64,000 nucleotides of DNA from assembly GCA_000934665.2 (NCBI GenBank), contig JYFJ02001227.1, positions 1-64,000 on the forward strand, in the 5' to 3' direction. Below are positions 54,101-64,000 of this stretch, one piece after another. A program made the position numbers and the translations under genes. Position 1 is the first letter of the stretch. Each line of letters opens with the position of its first letter. The DNA comes from Catajapyx aquilonaris. Its lineage: Eukaryota. A model generated the notes under the pieces. It saw only the letters and a program-made list of their open reading frames with translations, was not told the DNA's origin and made no database searches.

Positions 54101-54803
54101 TCAGGGCATTTTGGGACTAGAGTGTATTCAAGCGGTAGTATGTAGTAAGACTGCGCTTTAATGCACCCAAACCCTAGAGAGCCTCGGAAGCTAAGCAACT
54201 CTCAACATATTACTAAAAACTATAAAAAAACAGCAACAACAACAACATCGCGCTGACTAACTTTCATGATATAATTACAGTACCTGCTATCCCATTTGAA
54301 CTTCTTGCTAAGTTCCCAATTGTAGGAACATTTCTTCTTGAAGCTGCATGGGAACATTTCTTGTTGGAGGTTGTTGGCACATGCTGGAGACTGTTTGTGC
54401 CATACTCATGGGACCTTTTTGAAGAGATGTGAAGTATGTCCGGCGTTAATTTCATTAGAGAGCTAACATAAAGGCGGCGTTTACTTGCTGCTGTGTACAC
54501 GTCTCTTGTTGTCATGCTGCTGGATGAGGCTCATTTTTAAAATTTCAAATTAGTGCAACAAAGGGGTGCAGCTGGAATTAACTGTCATCATTCGTTACAA
54601 AGTGTTCCTTTTTTCGACGCCCCTCTACTGCATTATACAAGAGCCCGATAGCATAATGCATTGATTTAGATGCGTTCCCTGACTACGCGACGCGTCCAAA
54701 ATTGTCACATGTTCGTGAATTATTACTTGTCGAGAATGCAATATTCACACCCTTTAAAAATTTAATGCACTGGACATGGTACGAAATATGACGGATATTA
54801 TTG

Positions 54804-54805
<2 letters not shown>

Positions 54806-54868
<63 letters not shown>
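54806..54868. repeat. (ATT)21 microsatellite
   Basis: Directly visible; it produces the spurious poly-Asn ORF 54683..54901. Confidence 0.98.
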
Positions 54869-57244
54869 GCTATCAAGTCCTTGGCTATTTGATTTGTTCA
54901 AATGGCGTTATTCCCATTTGGATGCTGGCAGGAGGGATGAGGGGGATACAAATGACCCGTAAAATTTCAAGAGGAACACTTCCCTTCCTCCGGAGTTGAT
55001 TTACTCTTCCAGAGGAACAAATTCTGCCGGAATATTTCATGACTGCAGACGTTTCACCTTGCATCCCAGCAGCCACGGAACGAATCCATACTACATGTTT
55101 GCGCTGTTCAGCCCTGTAAATTCTCAGCGTCAATTACGTCGCGCCATGAAAGCTACGTACTTTACAATATTTTGATGTGTCGCGCCCAACTGATTGGAAA
55201 TGGCGAGTGCAATATATTAAAGATCGAACATTACGTTTCTATAGGAACTGGATCGGATTTTACGTAGCTAATTACAGGTAACGTTAACTTTAGCGTTCCT
55301 TGGAGCGGAAAGTCCATTATTTTCGTCATTACACGTATTATCAGCTGTGGATCAATCCCATTCTCCTTCAGATCCCTTTTACTACCCCAAACCTCCAACC
55401 GACCATCAAATTTCCAAAATCTACATAATATTAGAAAGGCCTGCAATGTAGCATATTCAGCTACTTTTATTTTAAGCTTAATTTTAGAATCGCCGACTCG
55501 TGCAAAGAATAATAAATGTGGACCTCTTGGCCTTTATTTCCCTATTGACCCCCCGTGCAGAATTTAAGAGTGTCGTTACCTCACTCTACCTTCCCTCCAT
55601 TTCCGATCCCCCTGCGCAAGTTAAAATTGAATTCTGAGTTAACGGTACGGCAGCGTATGTCGACCAACGAGGTTATTTACAGCACTGCTCTTATCACGTT
55701 CACGATGCCGGAAACCGTTACTAGGAATTTCCAGGTCATTGCATATAGGTGGTGAAGAATAAAAAATGGCGATTAAACTTGTTGGAACATACTCGTGCAT
55801 GGGTCAGTGTGCGGTAAAGGTACAATATGTTGTCCCACTGCAGTAAATTGTAAAATACTTATCGCGTACATACAAGTAATATGTCTTAGGTAGTGTATTA
55901 AACTTATGCACATGGCATAAGACAAGTCAGATATAAGCGCTACAAAAGAGAAAGATACGGTACTGAATAACTTTCATTGGACGAAACAGTTTTTTTTTTC
56001 GAATACAGGATATTTGATAGACGGGTGCAGTTCCTAAAAATCACTGTTCAAAAAGTACTTGCTAAATATAATAAGCACTTAGTAAGAAAAATTGCTAATT
56101 GACATCACACAGACTTAGGAAAACCCTGTATTACAGTCACCAAGTTATGTGTTTAATTCAATGAGTGAGACCACCTACCTGCCTCACTCTAACCGGCCTA
56201 ACCACAAACAAACTGGCATGGTAAAGCGTAATAAAAAGTTAGAAATCCCCGTAATTAATTTTCAACCACATAAGACCTATGTCTTGCCCTCCAGAAATGC
56301 CGGATATCGCTGAATCCTTTGAATTTTATTCCCAAAATGCTCAATGTAAACAGTGAGTCACAAGCTCTTTTTTTTACCCTTGGAGCACCCTCCCCGTTGG
56401 CGATGCTCTAAAATCCCATTCCCTCCAAAAAGGTAAAAGAAGAACAACAAAATAAAACATTACGCAGAGAAGGTAATGGGAAAACGGAATTGCTTTTTAG
56501 AAGGCGTCAAATATTACAGGTCCCTCTGCGCAACTGTACTATCACAATCCTCTCTGGTATTGCTGTTCCAAGACTCGGTTTTTGATCGTCTATGCACTCC
56601 TGTAACATGAACCTTTTGTGGTGGTCCCCAGATGGTCAGTGTCGGACATGGTGCGAAAGTGAAGGCTCAAATCCCTATAGTTCGTCTCGTGTTATCTCTT
56701 ACTCGTGGGGATAACCAGTGCCCATTGAATTAGGGTCCCTTTACTCACTGGCAGGTGTTGACCTTCCCAGAGAGAGAGAGAGTCGTCGGATCCGAAGTTT
56801 ATCCCTCTCAACGACTTTGTAATGGAATAAAGTAGGAAAAGAAGGTGTCTCGCACGCGGAGAAAAAAGTAGACCTAACACCCAAATAGTCAGACCAAATG
56901 TAAAACACTCAGGTGGAGAACCTGCAGTTCAACTACATATAATTTTCAAACCTCGGTGTAATGGTTTTATAAAAATTCAGATAATTTTACTGTATTGGTT
57001 GTTTTCGCAAATTGTGTGGCATGCAGTATCCTATCATACAGACATAAACACCAGTAAAATTACTCTCCCAGTATCTAATTCTAAAACGGACAATAATTTC
57101 CGTTCTGGGTATTACCGCACATGCGTGCCATATATAGGGTATCACAGCATGTTTGCTTTCCATAGCTATACAACTCTCCTCTCTGTATGTTTCAGGGCGT
57201 CTCTGCGGAAGGAGCGCGTGAATGGGCGTTACTGTTCGCCTGAA

Positions 57245-57687
57245 ATGGGCGAAAACGAACGCGTGCGTCTGGTGGCCCTGGGAGGCGCCGGAGTGGGCAA
57301 AAGTAGCGTCCTGAAGAGGTTCCTCTTCGGCACATACTCCGACAAGTATCGCAGCACCGTGGAAGACCTGTACAGCCGAGAGTTCACTCTTGGGGGTGCC
57401 TCTCTGGTAGTGGATTTCTTGGATACGGCGGGAGATCTCCAGTTCCCGGCCATGAGGCGCCTGTCTATTGCTACCGCCAGCGCCTTCCTCATCGTCTTCT
57501 CGGTGGACAACCGCTCCTCGCTGGAACAGCTGAAGCAATGCATTGTGGAGATCAGAGAGCAGCGCTCGGATGTGGCAGACGTGCCCATCGTCATTGCGGC
57601 CAACAAGCTGGATTTAGCATCCAGGTGTAGAGAAGTTGGCGCCGAGGATGCCGCCGAATGGATGGCGGAGGAGTTTCCGCTGCTCAG
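57245..57687 (+). CDS. Coding exon of a Ras-family small GTPase, Rhes/Dexras (RASD)/Di-Ras/Rap-like; partial gene
   Basis: MGENERVRLVALGGAGVGKS (G1), YRSTVEDLY (G2), FLDTAGDLQFPAMRRLSIAT (G3 plus the FPAMRRLSI signature of the Rhes/Di-Ras group), PIVIAANKLD (G4). GC-rich codon usage contrasts with the flanks. Splice acceptor TGTATGTTTCAG| precedes 57196 and donor CAG|GTCAGA follows 57687. G5 (xSAK) and a CaaX end are absent, so a further exon is required. The ORF-track extensions 56999-57195 and 57688-57748 are probably intronic. Confidence 0.92.
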
Positions 57688-57946
57688 GTCAGAAGGGCAT
57701 GGGTTTGGGCAAAGAGGCATTAAAATGAGCATGGAGTTTGTTCAATGAGTCGGGTAAGAGGGAAAACGTTCTGGTTTATCACGTGATGAGTCCAGACCAT
57801 TTTTGTTAGCATGCATATGTTACCAGTACCGGCAATCAATCTGTTAATATTTAGTAATGTGCTGAATGGGTCATTCGGAATGTCGGGCTCCATAATTCAC
57901 TGATAAAATCATTATTGATGCCACATATGCCGTCAGTTTTGAAATA

Positions 57947-58124
57947 CAGTAAAACTTCTATAAGTCGAACTTCCCTAAGTCGAAGTTCTCTATAAGGCGA
58001 AGGAAAATGAGCTTGGTTGGTCACAATGTAAAAGAATAGAAAATAAACTTCTCTAACTTGAATCTTCTATAACTCGAAGTTTTTTCCCGGTCCCATGGAG
58101 ATTCGACTTATAGAACTTTTACTA
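57947..58124 (+). mobile_element. pogo/Tigger-type MITE family A, copy 3 (internally deleted, ~178 bp), in the intron downstream of the GTPase exon
   Basis: TA|CAGTAAAACTTCTATAAGTCGAA...TTCGACTTATAGAACTTTTACTA. It matches only the two ends of copies 1 and 2. Confidence 0.9.
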
Positions 58125-58900
58125 TGTAACTACCGAAGAGAGAATGAAAACACCACACCTGGAAGGCCAGCTTCCACGGGCATGGTTGCTTGATTACGGT
58201 AGTGTGGATGACCATATTCATAAACTCAAACTTCCTTTGCTTTAACGTATATACTTCACTCCTTTGTGATTTCAAATGGTGAAAAATAATACGCGTTGCA
58301 GTTTTAATGGCCTTATAAATTGAAGAAAGGAGTGGTTTACGGCCAGAGGATTAATGGCCAGAGAATATTGCCTCTGACTCTGTCGGTATGATGAGTGGGG
58401 ATTCTACCGTCCCCATCCGGATTTATGCCAAGCGTGTGATTCTGTACACGCGCAGCATACGCTTATACTGCGTACCTGCTTCGCAACACAGCTAGTGCAT
58501 CGGATTTTTAAAGAAACGAGTGTAATTTTCAAAATAACTCTTTTCCCAAAAAAGCGCAGTTCGCTTAGAAACTAGGCTCCTGGTTCGGCATCATACATAA
58601 TTCTGGAGCCTTGACCGCATTCACAGAGGAACGCCTCCTATGCAGGTCACTAGTTTTTGCTTCGAAATTCCTTCTAAGGTGGCTCCATAATGCCGTTCGA
58701 ATTAATAATTCATAGTGCCGCGGTAGAAGCTTTTGACGCGATCTATACCCTCCTAATAAAGTATACTCGTAATCGCAACGGTATATCAAGGCACCTTATA
58801 AAATGGATTGCATAGGCGTGCTTGTGCCGCAAATTCGAAGCCATAGCTGAAGCCTTGGGATACGTTCATAGTATAATACCAAACACATGAGATATTGAGA

Positions 58901-58918
58901 AATAATAATAATAGAAGA

Positions 58919-58961
<43 letters not shown>
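58901..58961. repeat. Interrupted (AAT)n microsatellite
   Basis: Directly visible. Confidence 0.95.
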
Positions 58962-60999
58962 TAATTAATATTTTTCCTAAATATTATCTACGGTCTATAA
59001 ACTTGTCTCGAATGTTGCCGAAATTTGTCACAAATAGTTCAGTGAGTGTTGTCAGGCACAACCGCCGGAATTCCTGAGCAGTTGTGTGCATGTAACAACG
59101 TTGGACAAAAAAAATAATTGTGTTTTTCGCACTGTCCTTCCTTGTTTTGTACAGTACAAAAGCGAGGGGTTCGGACTCACTGAATATATAGTGGCGACTA
59201 CATTTGGGAAACACTGGCATTCAGACAGAGAGACTATATTAGGCCTGTCATCGACTGATTTGAAGGCATTGTGATTGTGGGGTTCATCATGGTGTAATTA
59301 TTGACCTGCATTCATCGGGGAAATCAATCTGGGGGTATGGTTGGATCACCGTGGAACTTGATAAAGAGTCAACTAATCGTGTGTTGGGAGATGCAGTAGT
59401 GGTAGGATGGCTCCCACAAAAATGATCGAAAATGGCAAAAAATGGCGATGTAATTGCAAAAATAAGTGGGGGCGATGCTTTTGAACCGCAATGGTTGTTT
59501 ATATACGAGGGGACAGTAGGGGGGAGGGGACATGAGGACGAAGTGAGGCTGTTGTATCGACACTGGTGACCTTTATCCTCCTATCCATAATTGCTGGCCG
59601 GATCGAAACTTGGTGCCAATTAAAGCGTCCCTGCAGGAAGTAAATTGGAATTTTGATCGTCAGGGATCGCTTTTGTCACCATGACTGCCGTTAGAGGAAA
59701 ATCGGCCCCCTTCACCCCCCCCCCCCCCAACCTCCACATCACCCTTCATTGTACGTTGTATTTGTGGGAGGCTGTCGGGGCCTATTGAAACGCGATTAAT
59801 TTGATGTCGAAACTATTTACTACACGTGGTTTTGTTTCCACCCAGCCGCATTCTGATTGCGATAGGCAAAAACTATAGTGTTTGGGAAGCCCACCCAATT
59901 CAAGGACCTCTATAATTGCGGGCATAGTTTTATGAGTTTAAAATAAAGTCTGGTTGCACGGTTTAATTAACCCCGACAAATGACGGCGAGGAATCTATTA
60001 GCCTTACTATCGAACAAAATTAGCATGAGAGGAAGTACATTTTCATCGGAGTAGGAGTAAAAGCAATTACAGAACTGGCTCTGATCAGTGATTAAAGAGA
60101 GGCAGGGGGGTAGGAGGTTCAGAATTGGTATGCCTATTATTTCAACCAACATGGTCGCAGAATTATGCCTATCCAAGAACCCAGGAAAGCAGGAGCCTTG
60201 GCAGGAGCCGATACTCTGTGGAAGTAAATGAGCCTACATAACACTTAGTGTGTAAATAGGTGAAATATTAATGTGGTTCATTTGTATCAAAACAAACAGC
60301 TGGAAGTTTATATTGTGTACCATATAACTTACATAACGTATCAGATAACATAAGTTTTAAATATTGACAGTAATTAGCCTACTCTAGGACTAAAATCTGT
60401 AACCATTGTGACATATTGGACTTGACCTGTCGCCAAAATAAAATAAAAACACAATTTTAACGGTTTCTGGGAGTGTTCATTGAATTCGCAAGGGGTTCCA
60501 AAAATTGGTCAAAGTATGAAAAATGCAAAGGTTTACAGAAGGTTAGTGAAAATTAAGCTGAATAATTAAGCTGTTTCCCTACTTTTTTTTAAGGGCTGCC
60601 TGATGGCAAAAACTGGAACTGTTTTGCCAGGCCGTTTGAAGCGTAATTGGGAATTTAAATATTCAAAATGAGCAGGGGTTCCCTGCTGGGGGGATACCTT
60701 TCAGGCAGTGCTGACCACACAGGTGCGACACAAATTGGATACTTTTGGCCGCATTTATGGATTTTGCCAAAAATTATTATATGCTAAACTCAAACAATAA
60801 AATGTTGCGTGCCGGTAACAGCTTTCATGACACGTAGACTCGAGCACGTCCATTTAAAAAAAAAAAAATTATTTTACCCTGATGGGAGAATCGGCGCTCT
60901 GTTAGGGGGGTGGAATACCACTATTTTACCACTCAAATTTTCTGTGATTTTCTTCACACACCGTGCAAGGGAGAAATGGACATGGGGAAGGGAATATAT

Positions 61000-61209
61000 A
61001 TTTTTGGGGAGAGGGCACAGGTGCAAGTGCAATGTCTCAAACTGGGACATGTGGAGTCCCCCAGGAGGTTAGGTTGCCAGACACCTCCAAGGTGCAGGTC
61101 AGAGACCCTCCTGACGCAGGTGAAAGGGAACTCCCCAGGCGGGGATTGAACCTGGGACCTTTCACTCAGCAAGCCGAGACGTTACCATCTCGGCCACCAC
61201 ACCTCCCCC
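61000..61209 (-). mobile_element. tRNA-derived SINE (second family); 3' boundary approximate
   Basis: Minus-strand A box TGGCCGAGATGG (61196-61185) and B box GGTTCAATCC (61152-61143) with tRNA-like spacing, followed by a non-tRNA body with two stem-loops. No TSD identified. Confidence 0.75.
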
Positions 61210-63926
61210 GAACACGTCCATTATTACTGATGGCAATTATGACCGCTGAAGTGAAGTGCAAATTGTGACGAAACTATTGCACTAAAAAGTGGTTATCATA
61301 TTTTTGCTCTAGAATAGTTCTGTATAGTACAACTCCTGATCACCACTTACTAGAAAAGAACCTGAAAAGGCTGGGAAGTATTTTGAATTGCTTTTAAATC
61401 ATTTATAGTTTGCCGACGAGCCTACCACATTCATTGTTGTCCGATAGTTGAGTCACAATTCGCGTCGAAATCTTGCTGTGGATATAGGCAACTCGAATTC
61501 AATATAAGGGTCGCCCCGAATAATGTTGTGACTACAGTAGATATAGTCTGAGAAGAGTTTCATAGTGGCTTGTCCTTCCGGGAGACGTATCAATTTATTG
61601 ATAAAACTCTAGGCTAGACTACTGTAGAAGTCTATAATAATTAATCAGCGTTGATATAGAGTCAGAAAGTTAGGAGTCAGAGCAGCACAGAGTAACATTC
61701 ACTTTCACCCATGATTACTCCAGCTGGTCAAAATGACAAGATGCTTATAGCAATAATCTCTTGACATAATCTGCATGCCTAAAATAATAGGCTACTGTGT
61801 AGCAGATCGGATCAAAGTAGATGAAACGTTTGGGAAAACGGATGAAACTCTTCAGGGAATAAAATCCTGGTTCCAGATACTCTGCAGAGCATCTATACGC
61901 AGGTGCACAACACATGGTCCACATCCCACACTCGCTTTCTCACAAAAGAGACGGGCGAAACATTCGGGAAATTAAATTTAAAAAAGGGACGGAGCATACA
62001 GGCGGAGATTGTTAAATAAAAGCAAACATGCCACAGAGAATACGAGCATAAACATACTGTACACCGGTGTACCACTGGAACAATTATGCGTAATATTTCA
62101 TAGTCATAGTTTTGGTTGTTCACACCTGAGAACGGTATAATTATATCCAACATACACAATAAGAGACATGTAAACTTACTATATACGAAAGGTAAAAGAG
62201 GTATATACGTACATATTGCGAATTGTGCTAAATGCATAAAAATCTGATTGTGATGATTTTCATGTTGATTGCCATAAACAGTTACCGTACTTGTAGTTAG
62301 CTTGTAGCACTTTTATTATATATGGTTCCGACAAGAGGAAGTTCTACACTACAGTCCGTGACCCCAAGCTCATGTAACTTTCTATACACACCAGGTAGGC
62401 CAGATATGCCTATTTTCATCGAGACCTCGATTTACAGGGAGGGGGGAGAAAGCCATAATAATTCATTGTAATACAGCCTGCAGTATATACTGTATAAAAA
62501 AGTTTTATCATGCAGTTTGACAGTGTGTGGTTCCAGTCCGGACGCTCTCTATTGGGCAGGCTCACCGTGTCCTACCCTGAACAAAAAAGTCAGTAGGATA
62601 ATGGGTGAGGCTCTTTTTTCGCAGCAGTCTGTTGTCAGACTCCATTGTCGGTGGCGCAGTTATTAATCGCAATGGGAAAAAATCCTAATTTGGCGGCAGG
62701 AGACTTTTTTTAGTTGGTGCGATACTGTAGTTCCATAGTCACCATGATTTTGCTTCTGAATGAAGAGACATATCAAAACTCTGAAATGTAACGCTATCTA
62801 TACCGTATTTAAGGAGCAGCAGGAACCATAATTCTGAATTTAACACATTAATCCACATTAGTTTGCATTGCTTTACATTTACCCCTTAAGTTGTACAGTA
62901 ATTAAACTCCCACCATAATGCACAAATAAATTATAAGTGTGTAATGTCTTTTTTTAAAAGGGAGAAAACTATCCCTCTTGACCTTTCCTATAACAAGGGT
63001 AAAACATTTTCATACACTGAATGAATTTTGGTATATAATGCACACGTATCATTAATGAACTGGATTTTCAAAATGTGCCTCTTGTTCCATTACGGTATTA
63101 ATATAAGGTGCGATGTTACACCTGGAGAAGCTCATCATCAGAAGGGGGTTAATCAATAACCTAGTGCTAGTACAGATGTAAGTCCTGCACGCTAACTTCT
63201 TTAGTACGTACTAAAATGTTAGGTAAGGGACAAAGTGAGTTTCTTGAGGAGGGGTACGTCATTAAAAAAAGTTAGAAAACCACTGATCATTAAACGGATT
63301 AACCAAGGGCGCACAAGGACTCAAGGGGGTTGGTTCTTTGAAAGGTAGGGGGTCCTGTGCTCGATTTCCGGATCTGAACATTTAATGACGGTGGCTATTT
63401 GTCAAACTTGATTTTCTTTAGCCTTATTCTATTTTCGCGTTGCAATTTAAACCCCCTACCTTTTCAATTACCATCTAGGAAGGGAGTTTTATTATCTAAT
63501 TATGTGCTGTAATGTGAAAGCAAACATGAGCTTTACCACGGTTTAAAGTCTGTTATTAACTAAAATGGTGGTGTCCATTCTAACGGGTCAAGGGTGAATG
63601 AGTTTAGTTGGCTATATGCCATAGCTCTATTTCAATACTTCTGTTGAAACTGATACTTTGTCAGGAGTACCAGTACTGATTGAATAGCCTGCACTTGCGT
63701 AATGGCTCTCGAGTGGAAAAGTTGAGCCAGCTGTCAACTAATTGTAACGAGCGTGCTACTTAATCGAATTAAATAACAAGTCATGCTAATCATTGAATAT
63801 TGGTGTCCTCTCCAAAATGCCAAACATTGTTTATTTCAGTTTATTTCACACAAGTTGGTTTTTTGAGATTGTGAACAGCAGAGTTTGGGATTACTTTTCA
63901 ATCTGTGTATTATTATTATATTAGTC

Positions 63927-63992
<66 letters not shown>

Positions 63993-64000
63993 CATCATCA
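63927..64000. repeat. (TAT)n microsatellite turning into (CAT)n at the window end
   Basis: Directly visible. Confidence 0.97.

Noticed and set aside
56987..57732. Long minus-strand ORFs (183 aa and 167 aa)
   Set aside because: Antisense shadows of the GC-rich GTPase exon.

Overview
AT-rich, gene-poor eukaryotic genomic DNA, most likely from an invertebrate such as an arthropod (inferred from the repeat types and the gene, not proven). Only one convincing host coding exon is visible: an exon at 57196-57687 (+) of a Ras-family small GTPase of the Rhes/Dexras(RASD)/Di-Ras/Rap-like type. It carries motifs G1-G4, but the G5 and C-terminal exon was not found in the window. The rest is a mosaic of decayed and non-autonomous mobile elements: the right end of an Academ(X)-like transposon with an internally inverted coding segment, several TA-flanked Tc1/mariner/pogo-type MITEs (one family in three copies, plus a 590-bp near-perfect foldback), a piggyBac-type MITE nested in a mariner-type MITE, a Chapaev3-like element with a duplicated left end, a small Helitron-like element carrying a 16-bp array of RFX X-box-like motifs, tRNA-derived SINEs, and (AAT)n microsatellites. 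Nearly all other ORFs in the track appear spurious. I found no well-supported novel system. The best leads are the X-box-array Helitron, the foldback element, the Academ inversion and the nested or compound elements. Family assignments come from remembered structural hallmarks, and no database search was run.
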